Shown: positions 29,089 to 39,454, counted from the first letter of the stretch. The stretch: 64,000 nucleotides of DNA from Akkermansiaceae bacterium UBA3385 (GCA_002358905.1 DEPT01000070.1:14866-78865); one strand, 5' to 3'. Program-made: numbers and translations. Notes: a model not told the origin generated them from the sequence alone.

Positions 29089-32000
29089 TTATTTTCTGCG
29101 GCGGCGGGCACAAAGAGCCACCAGCGCAGCCAGACCCAGAGTGCTTGTCGTGGGCTCAGGCACCTTAAATTGCAGATACACCACCCCTGCGTCTGAATCA
29201 TACACCAGCATGGTTTGTGTATCAACATAGTCACAGCCGGTGATATAGCGGTTTGCCTGGGTATAATGAACGCCCGTATTCCTTGTAGCCACTCCCCCAT
29301 CAGCCACATCAAGGCCGAAGGTCACGCTGCTCACATCACTGAACAGCACCAGTTGTTTTTCATATGTACCCGACGGCAGCGTATCATCCAACGTGGTATG
29401 GAGCGTCAACAGGTTCCCCTCCATGATATCCAGCTCCAGCGCGCCACCCATCAGACTTGTATGGCCCTTATATGTTTCATAAATAGCGCCACCGTCAAAC
29501 GTAAGCACGTTGGCAGCCTTCACCGCACCAACAGCCTGCTGGTTGAGGGCCATATCCGGGTCAAACTGGCCGGTATACGAACCGTTAAATTCGCCAATCT
29601 TATGATGCTTCTCGGTTGGAGCCGCAGCAAGCAGCGTAATCTCTTCCAGCGAAACACTGGCAGAGGTCTGCATATCATGCAACTCATAAGCATATTCCGT
29701 TTCAGCTTTGCGCACCGACAACACCGCATCTGCAGCCACACTGACGGTGCCACCCGAAATAAGCACAGCTCCCGTTCCCAGGTTGGGTGATTCAGCTCCC
29801 TGGGGCTGGGTGGGCACTACGCCCGTGGAACGCAGCTCCAGCGATTCACCGGTCGCAATGGATACGTTACCTCCAATATCAACGGATGATTTCTGCCCCG
29901 CCACATGGATGCTGCCGCCGGTATACGAACCGGTAGTTACCTTAATCGAAGCATTATCGCCCTCCACCCGGAAATCGCCGGTATAATCCACGATGGAACC
30001 AAAAGTGGCAGTTGTCGTACCCAGACCCTTGGTATCAGACACCACCACAGTGCCGGTTCCGGTAAGCAGCCCGGAATTGGATACCACAGCCTTCCCCACA
30101 TCCTCAGTTTCACCGGCAATCACACCGCAAAGCAGGAAAGTGCCATTGTTGTCCAGTGTGGTGGTTGCGGCATTGTAGCCATTGCCCATCATGTGCAGCA
30201 CTCGCTCTGTTGTTCCGTTGCCGGTGATGCGGACATCACCCTCAATCTTATCAGCCGAAGAAGCAAGTGTGGTAATCAGCCGATTTCCCTCGTACGCATC
30301 CTTTACCGTAAAGTGCAAATCTGCTTCCTTGTCGAGCACAACCTTTGCGCTATCCACGTTTTCCGTAGCCCCCAGGCCCGTAGCGCTCTGCACCTCCACT
30401 ACACCGCGCGAGATGACCGTACCGCCCGTATATGTGGAATCACCATTGAGCACCAACCTTCCATCACCGGAATGCAGCACGCCGCCATCCCCTGTAATGT
30501 CGCCACTCAGGGTGAATTCGACCGCTTGTCCCAACGTGGAAATGAGCGCCGCCGTCTGCTTACTGGTTGAATCATGAGCCTTCCACTGCTCATCACCGTT
30601 TCCGTAAAGATAAATATCATTGGCAAGGCTCTTCGTTTCATCCTCTCCATAGCCGCCGATATAGGTGAGCATCAATGAAGAACCGGCATTCACCTGAACC
30701 GCACCGGAGCCCACAGTACCCCAGCCACGCAGGCGGAGCGTGCCTGCCTCCACCAGAGTTCCGACGGTGTAGCTGGTATCCTTAATTTTAATTTCTCCGC
30801 TGTAACTGTTCGTCTGGTCAAGATCCAGCGTTCCCTCGCCCACCTTGCGCAGCGCGGCATTGCCTGAAAGAAAGCCGGAATAATAGGCCTCATTGTAACC
30901 GTTAGCGGAGAGGAAGGTAACCGCCGTGGCATTCACAGAACTATCCTTCACCAGCAGCATCTTGCTACGGTCAATCTCCGTTCCGGCAGTATAGGCTGTG
31001 CCGTCTGCATACAGCGCATCCACGGCGATGGACTTCAGGTTATGAGTATCGATTACCACATACGTATCCTCACCTTTCGTCACCTTAGTGGTCCCCTTGC
31101 AGAAATTTGCCAGCACTCCCTTGAGCGCACCCTCCACTCCAATGGTGATGACGGCGCCCTCACCGCTGACCGTACCATTGTTGTAAATATGGGCACCATG
31201 CCCCAGATAAAGCTCAGCAGCTGAACCGGTCCATTCGATGTCACCCGTGCCGGCCACACCGGAGGATACAGAGGACGCACCCTTAGTGAAGTCTTCCGAT
31301 GTACTGGTCCCCAGCAGGTAAAGGCGACCTTTCTTCAGCTCGGTACCGCCGGTGTAGGTATTGCTGCTGCCGAGGATATAGTGCACCCCTTTGCCGTCTT
31401 TGACAAGCTTGCCATCGTCCTTAATCAAGCCGCTGAATACCGCATAGCCGAAGCCGGTCGTCCCCAGGAACTGGTCATAGGACGTAGAGCCCCCCGTATA
31501 TTCAACCGGCATGTATTCTGTATAATAGGCAGAATCTTCTACCGTTTGCAGCGTCAGCGTGCTGCCGTTCAGCTCCACCGTTCCCGCACCGCTCAAGGAA
31601 CGCAGCGTCAGATCTGCAGTGTCGGTGGTTTCCGGGTCTGTGGTTTCCTGGTCTGTGGTTTCCGGGGCTGTGGCGTTCAGTTTCAGTTTTGCACCGGCCG
31701 CCAGCACCATATCCGTCGCAGCAGCGTCGGTGGTCTTGGTAACCCCAAATGTCCCCTGCTGCACCAATATCGTACCGGTTGTCTTCTCATCAACCTTCTC
31801 CACCGAGCGGGTAATAAAATCACCCGCGCCCAGCTTAGTGAGGGTATTCCCCGCCAGCTTGATGGAATCCATATAGAGAGCCTCCTGCGCCACTACCTTA
31901 ACGGAAGCACTGCCAGTGAGCTCCACTTTCGGAAGGTAAATCTCATTTACATTGGCATTTGTATCATCCGCGGTCTGCGTGCTTTGCCCCATGTAGAGAG

Positions 32001-35000
32001 CACCCTTGCCATCAACACCATTGCCGCAAATCTTCACATTGAAGTCCAGACCAGCCTTGCCGGGAGTAGCAGGATCCAGCCCCGTTATCGAGAAACCGGT
32101 GAAGTCGACCGTCGTGCCGTCCGTCACGGTGATGGTACGGACATCACCAATCCCGCCCGTGCCGATATCGCAGGTTGAAATTTTAAGCGTAGCGCTCTTT
32201 TGAAGCTCAATGTTACGCCCGAAGTTCGAGCCGCGCCCGATTACCTCTACCACACCCTTACCGCTGATTGCAAGCGTCTTGCTGGGGTCCATATCCACAT
32301 CGAATTTCCCGAGAGCCAGCACAACATGAGCCTTATCTTCCAGGGAAAACGCGTCAAAACCTGTCACGATGCTGGAGTTCGCTGAATCCGTGTAACCGTC
32401 GGAGTTCACGGCACCCAGCGTATAAGTTGCTCCACCCTCTGCAAAATGAAGTGTACTTTTTGCATTTTCCTTTAGGATTTTGACATGGTTCGACTGCTCC
32501 ATACCGCCAAAGATGCCGCACTCGAGATCGTCAACATTAGGATTGTTGTACTCAATAATACCCTTACCGAGTTTGAATCCACTGTACAGATTTACCAGAA
32601 CGTCACCATAAATCTGGGCTAGATCATTTCCTTCATCCCATCCCTTACCAGGGGCCTCAACCTTGTTTGCCGTACCACTGATAAGATCAAGAACGACATC
32701 ACCTTTCACCACACCTGCATTCGAGCCTCCCACCAGTATGGAAGTAACATTGGCCGAGCCTTCCATGCGCACATAGATATCGCCCGTGACAACACCATGA
32801 TCTGTTCCTCCGAAAACACGCAAGTCCGGTCCACCAATAGTCCCACCGGTCAACACCATTTCTACGGCACGAGGACGCTCCTTTCCCTCTACCTTCTGTG
32901 TACCTATAATGTTGGCGTAAAAGCCGCCGGCAAAGATTTCCCCAACTGTTCCACCATCTACATAAACATGTGCGGTGCCGGTCTGCGTCAAATACGGCAC
33001 ATTGCGCCACAGAGTTTCATCATACACCCAGACGGTCCAATCAACGTATCCATTTTCGAATCCCCACAACCGCTTCGTAACGTAACCATAATTATCATAC
33101 ACCAGCTGCCCGTGCCAGCCACCGCACGAACCACCGAAAATATTATAAATATGGCCCGACTTCACCGTCACAACACTCTCAGCGTCCTGATTACACCAGC
33201 GGGAACCACCAATGATGTACTCCTTAGCATAGTCTGTCTCGGGGATGCCATCGACATGAATTTTGTCATTTGTGGCTTTTGAGTCCACCAGAATATGGGT
33301 GGCAGCAGTCTGCGGTGTTGTCACAGAAGACCCCGGAGAGTCAGAAGTCCCCGGATCTATTTTATTATTGGTCAAACCGCCGATAATGGTCCTAACGCCG
33401 GAGCTGTCATATATCCACACCTCATGGTCAGCAGCAGCAGCCTCACTCTCCGCAATGTTACCACCAACGACAAGGTCACCTTTTGCGTCAGAGGTCAGAG
33501 TCACCACGATAGCCTTCCCATCATTAACCCTCTTAGCATTAGTCTCATTCACGATGGAACCATACTTGAAATAGGTGGCATCGTGACTTTGTTTGGTGGC
33601 ATCGACAACGATACCCCAGGCCAGCGAAACATACTTGGCATCGCCACCGATACCCGAGGCCTGCGTAAACGTGTCGGTTGCTGTGCTTTCATACCGATGG
33701 GAGAAAGCCGGGGCATTTTTGGTCTTTCCCCAGCGCTCATCCCACTGAGGCATACTGACCGTGCCATCATAGATACTCAGCGTAATGGAGCCGTTCCCGT
33801 TATCCGTGAATTTTACCCCGTCTTTATCCTTCAGTCCACTCCCCAGATTTACACCGTTGATGGAAAAATTATCGGCTGAAAGCGCCGGCGCATACAAGAC
33901 ACCACCATCTGTTGAGCTGATAAACTCATAAACGTATTCAGTATTGCCATACGTATCAACTCGAGTATCATAGTTTATCTTACCTATTTCAATAATAGTT
34001 AAATTTTCATTGTCAATATCAGTTACAATGTCCAGCGTAACAGTGCCTTTATTGGTGAGCGCACTATCAAACGTAAGATTTTTTCCGGAAAGAATGTAGG
34101 AACCGGATGCATTTACCTCAACGCCCGAGCCTATTGTCACCCCCGTCAAGGTCGTCGCGGTTGAAGAAGAAGTCAATGTAACATCAGACAACGTCACGTT
34201 ACCCGCCGCCTTAAAATCTTTAAGAATGAGATATTGCAGTTCTGCATTTCCCTGAACCAGCAAATTGCTTGCGTTGATTTCTGCGGCCTTGATGTCATCT
34301 TCGATGGCGGCGTTATATACATCCTTCGTACCTCTGATACCGGCAGCATCCATCGTCACGCCGCTGAGCTTGGCATCCCCTGCATTGGATGATGCCGTGT
34401 AGGTAACACCATTCACACCAACCATGTCCAGCCCACCAGTGTCACTCTTCAGCGTGAGCGTAGCACTATCATCAACTTCCACCGTTCCCTTCACCGCAAT
34501 CTTATTGCTCAACGTGAGGGAGCCGGCCTGAATATCCACATTCCCCAGAGCGGTGCCCTCGGTGGCATTGTTCGCCAGGCCCAGTGTTACATCAGCCTTA
34601 CCAAGCTTGTGAATCCGGGTACCTGCAGCCAGACCGCCACCATCGGAATCAAGCTGATAGGCGGTTGTATCCGCCGTGAAATAAACGTTCCCAGGGGAAA
34701 CCACATCCTTCACCTTGACCGTCTCCGTCGACTGGGTTTGGCCATCGGTCGTCAGGTCGCCGAAAATAGCCGCAGTATACTTCACACCTTCCCCTTGCTG
34801 ATATTCGTCCCCACTCCAGTTACCGCCATTGCCGGTCAGAGTCCAATTCTCAGAGTATGAACCATCCCATACGTTGCCCATCATGGTGTGGATGTAGAGC
34901 AAATTACCATCAAGGACAATCTTATACTGAGAGACATCCAGCTTAACATCATTATTATGCGTCACGTTGAAGCTGAGATTGTCTATGGATGATACCCCGG

Positions 35001-38000
35001 TCATGATGTTGTAGGTTTGCATCGACTGCAACTCCTGAGAGAAGTTGAGATTCAGCACTACATTATCCAACTTGAGGGAATTATCGTTAACATTCAGCAC
35101 CGCATCCTTGGAGGAGGCAGCATCCGTGCCGACAATGGAGGAAATGGAAAGAGACGAACCGCTCTTGAAGGTAAGCGCGTTGAGATTGACCGCACCGGGG
35201 GCGTTCAGGGCCAGGGTACCACCGAACTCCAGGACTACACCACTGGCATTCGACAGGGCTTCTGTATTCAGCAGGGTCAGAGTAGAGCCGTCATACACTG
35301 TTACTTTGCCCTTAAAGCCGGTATTAGCGCCGTAAAGCACTACTGTGCCCGGAACGTTCTCCGTTTCACTATCCGAGTTGCCCAGCACAATATCACCGCT
35401 GCCGGAGATGGAACCAGATATCTCCAGAGAACTGTTTGCCGAGGCAGAGTTCAGGGTGATAGTTTGCCCTGCCGCCACGGTCAGATTGGCATCAATACTG
35501 TTGCCGGTGTTCTCATAGTTCACGCAAAGACTGTCGTCTCGAAGTTTCAGGCCACCCCCATCAGCCGCACCCGTGATGGAAGAAGCGCCGGAAAGGGATA
35601 TTGCATTCCCGGCAGACAAGGTCTGGGTCGTTGAGCCGATATCCAGACGGGCGCCATTCTTCAGTTCAACAGCACCGGAACCGGTTGCCATGATATCATC
35701 CGCACCTGCGCCCAGTTTCAGCTGGGCTTTATCCAGAATCAACTTACCATGCACCGCGCCGGTAGCATTCTTCACGGTCAGCGAGCCGGATGTTACCTCC
35801 AGGGTTCCCAGATCCTGCATCTTCGTCACCGTGGCGGAGCTGGAGTTCACCTCGATATCCACATCCGTGTAGCTCGAGCTACCGGTGTTATCCTGCTTAC
35901 CGAAAATCTGCAGGTCTGCGATGGTGCAGCCCTCACCGAAAACCAGGCTGGCCGCATCACTCATCACATTCACCTTGTGACTGTCATTATAGGTAACGCC
36001 GGGAGCATCCAGCGCCAGGGTGCCGTACAAATCAACCACCGGGAAAACAGAAGAGGACACAGCCACCGAATCAGACGAGGTCTGCACATGCACAGTGGCC
36101 CCCTCACCGACGGTGAGTTTATCTACCTGAAGTCTGCTGAAATATACATCATTCTTCTGCGTATTAACGGTCAGGTTTCCGGCGGTTACTGTGCCGGTGT
36201 ATTGCTGCTTCGCCGAGCCGCCAATGGTAATCGAACCGCGTTTATTCTCTGTGATAAAAGTAGTTGTCAGATTACCGGATACGGATGCGGAGCCTCCATT
36301 CACCACAAGCTCCATCTCATTCGCCGTCACATTGCCGGTGATAGTGAGGGTACCGGCTGTCGAAGCATCGCCGGCTTTGACGGTCAATTTGCCGCCCACG
36401 GTCATATCTCCGCCAATGGTTGTGGTGAGGTTCTGGAACGTAGCATCCTTAACGATGGTGGCGCCGCCCAGCAAACCGACACTACCGGAGCCTCCAGCTG
36501 CCAGGGCGCCCTGCACCACAAGCTGGTTGTTGAAAGTAACGACACCGTTTCCGGGATTGAGGCTCGCATCCCCCAGCACAGCCACACGGGCACCGCTGAA
36601 CTCATAGCCGCCATCGGTCACGCCAAGATTTGCCACCACCATATCCTGAGTAACAGATATCTCGCGGTCTTCCGCGCCGCCTTCACCAAAATAGACATTG
36701 GAAAGAGCGGTGAATGCCTCGTATGTGGCACCGTCGGCGGAGCTACTCCAGTTTGCAGAACTGGTGTTCCACTTATCATCCGCAGCGCCTCTCCAGTACA
36801 GATTACCACCGTGCTCGGTGGAAAGATTAACCTTACCGGCTTCCCCAAAAGTCACAGCGGCACTGTTCACCTTCACGCCGCTGTAGACAAAGTGTACATT
36901 TTTCTCATTCCATCCCACCAGGGTGCCCCCATCTTCGACGATGAGGGTCTTCACATCCATAGCCAGGCCGCGCAGGTCAAAGGTAAGGTCCGTCACGTTC
37001 AGGGTGCCGCTGGTCACCTTTATACCACCCGTGGCCTGAGTCTTCTCAAAGGTGATATAGCCCGAGAGCGTGCTCTCCCCGGCGAAGGTTATGTTATGCA
37101 GGGTAGCATAATCCGTGTAGGTACCGGCATGGAGGGACACATCGGTCAGAGTACCGACAGAGCTTCCAGGGGCAGCGGAAATAAGGTTATGCACGGTTAC
37201 GGTGTCTCCCGTGATGGGGCGGGTAAGCTCGCCGGTCTCCAGTATCTGCACATTTTCCAGGCGACCACCGGTGCCACCAGCGGTGATTCGGTTGGCGCCT
37301 ACGTCAAGCAATTCACCAGGAGAGAGTTCAATCACCCCGCCCTGCACCGGCACATCGGGAGATTCTGACTTTCCGGTCTCGCCCTCGTTCTGCAAGGCTG
37401 CAGCAATGGCGCGCATAGAGAAGGGGCGCATCACCAAGGATGGCGCAGTAGTGGCAGCCCCGGCATCGACCTTCTCTTCGCTTTCAAGCTTGTCTTTTTC
37501 CTCTTCCTCCTTATCTACTTCCTTATCTGCGGACTGCGAGGGTGCTTCAGCCAGGAAATTCTCCAGCGCTCCGGCACTGGGGTTCATGCCCGTGGAGAAA
37601 TCCGGCTGCAAAGTGGCAGTTCCTTGGAACTCAGCTTTCTGCGAAGGTTGCGTATTGGTTGAGCCAAGCGTGGTGGTCACCTTGGGCGCAGCCTGGCGGT
37701 ACGCAGCACGAGCCCCGCCTACCCCCATGCCCACAGGGGCATAATAACCGACCAACTGGTGCTGCATGATGCTGCCCCGATGGGTTTTGAACAAAGCATC
37801 GCGATAAGCGGCCATACTGTTCTGCCCATGTTTCATGGCTTCAGCAAAGCGAATCATCAGCTCATCCTGAACAGCAAGGTCCACATTAAACAGGCCGAAC
37901 CCCTGCTCACGCAGACGGCGTGCCAGATTCCGCAGCAACGCCTGCCCTTCCTTCCCGTCCAGGCGGGCATCATCCTCCAGCAGCGCCTCCAGCAGCCACT

Positions 38001-38511
38001 GTTGCTCTTCCGGAGTCAGAGAGATTTCACCTTCCTCAGCAGCGGCCAGGCGGGTCAGCATTTCCTCCATAGCAGAGCTTCCCGTTCCCCAGTTGGCATT
38101 CAGCCAATGCTGCTTGTATACAGTTGTCCAGGCTTCCTCATAAGCCACCAGCGGAGATTTACCCTCTGCCTGCAACTCCTGAACCAGCTTCAAAGCCTCC
38201 CGGCGGAGTGCGACCTGGCGCGCCACACGAGCGTGACACAGAGCGGCATCATCCCGCATATCACCGGCATCATCCAGGTAATCAAGCTCCTCATACTCAC
38301 TGCCTTTCTCTCCAGTAACCCGGATGACACGAGGTGCGCTCTGCGGAGCCTCTCGGGGCATAATCCACCAGTAGTTCTGCACCACACGTTCCTGAGCATC
38401 GGCCATGCCCAGGCTTGCTCCGATAGCGGCAACAAAGTACTTCAACCAGCCCCGGCGTACAGGTGACTGAATCGTATCAAACGTGACATGTATGGAGCGT
38501 AGGCAATTCAT
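29089..38511 (-). CDS. Giant (3140 aa) surface protein with autotransporter-associated beta-strand repeats and a C-terminal PEP-CTERM sorting signal
   Basis: Repeats LVKDGKGVHYILGSSNTYTGGTEL, LRKVGEGTLDLDQTNSYSG and HSGDGRLVLNGDSTYTGGTVI. C-terminus VPEPTTSTLGLAALVALCARRRRK; no beta-barrel domain. Confidence 0.92.
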   Translation of the reverse strand: MNCLRSIHVTFDTIQSPVRRGWLKYFVAAIGASLGMADAQERVVQNYWWIMPREAPQSAPRVIRVTGEKGSEYEELDYLDDAGDMRDDAALCHARVARQVALRREALKLVQELQAEGKSPLVAYEEAWTTVYKQHWLNANWGTGSSAMEEMLTRLAAAEEGEISLTPEEQQWLLEALLEDDARLDGKEGQALLRNLARRLREQGFGLFNVDLAVQDELMIRFAEAMKHGQNSMAAYRDALFKTHRGSIMQHQLVGYYAPVGMGVGGARAAYRQAAPKVTTTLGSTNTQPSQKAEFQGTATLQPDFSTGMNPSAGALENFLAEAPSQSADKEVDKEEEEKDKLESEEKVDAGAATTAPSLVMRPFSMRAIAAALQNEGETGKSESPDVPVQGGVIELSPGELLDVGANRITAGGTGGRLENVQILETGELTRPITGDTVTVHNLISAAPGSSVGTLTDVSLHAGTYTDYATLHNITFAGESTLSGYITFEKTQATGGIKVTSGTLNVTDLTFDLRGLAMDVKTLIVEDGGTLVGWNEKNVHFVYSGVKVNSAAVTFGEAGKVNLSTEHGGNLYWRGAADDKWNTSSANWSSSADGATYEAFTALSNVYFGEGGAEDREISVTQDMVVANLGVTDGGYEFSGARVAVLGDASLNPGNGVVTFNNQLVVQGALAAGGSGSVGLLGGATIVKDATFQNLTTTIGGDMTVGGKLTVKAGDASTAGTLTITGNVTANEMELVVNGGSASVSGNLTTTFITENKRGSITIGGSAKQQYTGTVTAGNLTVNTQKNDVYFSRLQVDKLTVGEGATVHVQTSSDSVAVSSSVFPVVDLYGTLALDAPGVTYNDSHKVNVMSDAASLVFGEGCTIADLQIFGKQDNTGSSSYTDVDIEVNSSSATVTKMQDLGTLEVTSGSLTVKNATGAVHGKLILDKAQLKLGAGADDIMATGSGAVELKNGARLDIGSTTQTLSAGNAISLSGASSITGAADGGGLKLRDDSLCVNYENTGNSIDANLTVAAGQTITLNSASANSSLEISGSISGSGDIVLGNSDSETENVPGTVVLYGANTGFKGKVTVYDGSTLTLLNTEALSNASGVVLEFGGTLALNAPGAVNLNALTFKSGSSLSISSIVGTDAASSKDAVLNVNDNSLKLDNVVLNLNFSQELQSMQTYNIMTGVSSIDNLSFNVTHNNDVKLDVSQYKIVLDGNLLYIHTMMGNVWDGSYSENWTLTGNGGNWSGDEYQQGEGVKYTAAIFGDLTTDGQTQSTETVKVKDVVSPGNVYFTADTTAYQLDSDGGGLAAGTRIHKLGKADVTLGLANNATEGTALGNVDIQAGSLTLSNKIAVKGTVEVDDSATLTLKSDTGGLDMVGVNGVTYTASSNAGDAKLSGVTMDAAGIRGTKDVYNAAIEDDIKAAEINASNLLVQGNAELQYLILKDFKAAGNVTLSDVTLTSSSTATTLTGVTIGSGVEVNASGSYILSGKNLTFDSALTNKGTVTLDIVTDIDNENLTIIEIGKINYDTRVDTYGNTEYVYEFISSTDGGVLYAPALSADNFSINGVNLGSGLKDKDGVKFTDNGNGSITLSIYDGTVSMPQWDERWGKTKNAPAFSHRYESTATDTFTQASGIGGDAKYVSLAWGIVVDATKQSHDATYFKYGSIVNETNAKRVNDGKAIVVTLTSDAKGDLVVGGNIAESEAAAADHEVWIYDSSGVRTIIGGLTNNKIDPGTSDSPGSSVTTPQTAATHILVDSKATNDKIHVDGIPETDYAKEYIIGGSRWCNQDAESVVTVKSGHIYNIFGGSCGGWHGQLVYDNYGYVTKRLWGFENGYVDWTVWVYDETLWRNVPYLTQTGTAHVYVDGGTVGEIFAGGFYANIIGTQKVEGKERPRAVEMVLTGGTIGGPDLRVFGGTDHGVVTGDIYVRMEGSANVTSILVGGSNAGVVKGDVVLDLISGTANKVEAPGKGWDEGNDLAQIYGDVLVNLYSGFKLGKGIIEYNNPNVDDLECGIFGGMEQSNHVKILKENAKSTLHFAEGGATYTLGAVNSDGYTDSANSSIVTGFDAFSLEDKAHVVLALGKFDVDMDPSKTLAISGKGVVEVIGRGSNFGRNIELQKSATLKISTCDIGTGGIGDVRTITVTDGTTVDFTGFSITGLDPATPGKAGLDFNVKICGNGVDGKGALYMGQSTQTADDTNANVNEIYLPKVELTGSASVKVVAQEALYMDSIKLAGNTLTKLGAGDFITRSVEKVDEKTTGTILVQQGTFGVTKTTDAAATDMVLAAGAKLKLNATAPETTDQETTDPETTDTADLTLRSLSGAGTVELNGSTLTLQTVEDSAYYTEYMPVEYTGGSTSYDQFLGTTGFGYAVFSGLIKDDGKLVKDGKGVHYILGSSNTYTGGTELKKGRLYLLGTSTSEDFTKGASSVSSGVAGTGDIEWTGSAAELYLGHGAHIYNNGTVSGEGAVITIGVEGALKGVLANFCKGTTKVTKGEDTYVVIDTHNLKSIAVDALYADGTAYTAGTEIDRSKMLLVKDSSVNATAVTFLSANGYNEAYYSGFLSGNAALRKVGEGTLDLDQTNSYSGEIKIKDTSYTVGTLVEAGTLRLRGWGTVGSGAVQVNAGSSLMLTYIGGYGEDETKSLANDIYLYGNGDEQWKAHDSTSKQTAALISTLGQAVEFTLSGDITGDGGVLHSGDGRLVLNGDSTYTGGTVISRGVVEVQSATGLGATENVDSAKVVLDKEADLHFTVKDAYEGNRLITTLASSADKIEGDVRITGNGTTERVLHMMGNGYNAATTTLDNNGTFLLCGVIAGETEDVGKAVVSNSGLLTGTGTVVVSDTKGLGTTTATFGSIVDYTGDFRVEGDNASIKVTTGSYTGGSIHVAGQKSSVDIGGNVSIATGESLELRSTGVVPTQPQGAESPNLGTGAVLISGGTVSVAADAVLSVRKAETEYAYELHDMQTSASVSLEEITLLAAAPTEKHHKIGEFNGSYTGQFDPDMALNQQAVGAVKAANVLTFDGGAIYETYKGHTSLMGGALELDIMEGNLLTLHTTLDDTLPSGTYEKQLVLFSDVSSVTFGLDVADGGVATRNTGVHYTQANRYITGCDYVDTQTMLVYDSDAGVVYLQFKVPEPTTSTLGLAALVALCARRRRK
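31621..31665. repeat. In-frame 15-bp tandem repeat, 3 copies (PETTD/QETTD)
   Basis: gtcggtggtttccgg gtctgtggtttcctg gtctgtggtttccgg. Confidence 0.85.
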
Positions 38512-38620
38512 GAAAATGAATAACAGTGTGAACTATTCCCGCACGCGCAGCGGGTGCGCTATTATACTCGCTTTTTTCCATTTGGCAAGCTTAATCGTTT
38601 AGCCTGTAACGCACCCCCTG

Positions 38621-38666
38621 CATCAACATATTGTGTTTGATATATTCACACCACAATATATAGGGG
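38621..38666. promoter_or_regulatory. Two NrdR-box-like 16-mers
   Basis: catcaacatattgtgt (38621-36) and ccacaatatatagggg (38651-66) versus the consensus acaCwAtATaTwGtgt; 30 nt apart start to start. Confidence 0.5.
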
Positions 38667-38829
38667 GGGGCGAGCCCTATCCACAAAAAGCGACATCTTA
38701 TCACCCTTGCTCACAATTTATTATAAACCTGTTAGCGCATCTTTCCTCTTTTTTTTCAAAAAAAATAAAAGAAAAACAGAATTCGGGGAAAAATTCTGCA
38801 GAAATAGCGCGGAATTCGATTATCTGCGC

Positions 38830-39327
38830 TTACTTTTTCTCTGCGGCAAAGCGCTCAAATGACGCGTCGATAATACGGCAGGCGGTATCCACGCCGAAAA
38901 AGTCACCTACTTCCGTCTTTTTATTCTGGAGCGTTTTATATGTCAGGAAAAAGTTCTGAATTTCCTGCAGGTAGTGAGGGGGCAGGTCCTCCAGCGTATT
39001 CACATGATCATATCGAGGGTCACCCACATTCACTGCCAGGATTTTCACGTCGGGCTTTCCTCCATCAATCATATCCATGCCACCGATGATGCGGCAGTCC
39101 ACATAACATCCGGGGAAAGTCGGAGCAGAAGTGAATACCAGGATATCCAGGGGGTCGCCATCCAGATATCGGGTATCTTCCACAAATCCGTATTCAGCAG
39201 GATAATAAACAGAAGAATACAGCACACGGTCCAGCTTGATGCGGCCGGTTTTCTCATCCACCTCATACTTATTACGGCTCCCCATGGGAATCTCGATTCT
39301 GGCCTCAACAATGCGCGGTGTACTCAT
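38830..39327 (-). CDS. ppa: Family I inorganic pyrophosphatase
   Basis: IEIP.GSRNKYE, LDRVL, YPAEYGF, DGDPLD and FFLTYK.LQ.K. Confidence 0.97.
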   Translation of the reverse strand: MSTPRIVEARIEIPMGSRNKYEVDEKTGRIKLDRVLYSSVYYPAEYGFVEDTRYLDGDPLDILVFTSAPTFPGCYVDCRIIGGMDMIDGGKPDVKILAVNVGDPRYDHVNTLEDLPPHYLQEIQNFFLTYKTLQNKKTEVGDFFGVDTACRIIDASFERFAAEKK

Positions 39328-39454
39328 AATTCTACATCCTACCAACAGAGAACAGCCATGTCAAGAAAGAGCAGATAAAAAAAGCGAATTGAGCATGTCA
39401 AACTTCTTCTCTTGACATACTGTTGGTGCTGTGGCATCATCTGCACCAGACAGC

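Noticed and set aside
29089..29400. Classical type V autotransporter barrel at the C-terminus of the giant protein
   Set aside because: The C-terminus is VPEP, a TM helix and a basic tail (PEP-CTERM), not a beta-barrel ending in an aromatic residue.
35749..37368. 539-aa + strand ORF and other + ORFs inside the giant gene
   Set aside because: These are shadow frames of the 3140-aa minus-strand gene.
38512..38829. Chromosomal replication origin
   Set aside because: There is no perfect DnaA box and no dnaA, dnaN or gidA nearby, and no strand-composition switch is visible by eye. It is kept only as a weaker regulatory-site finding.
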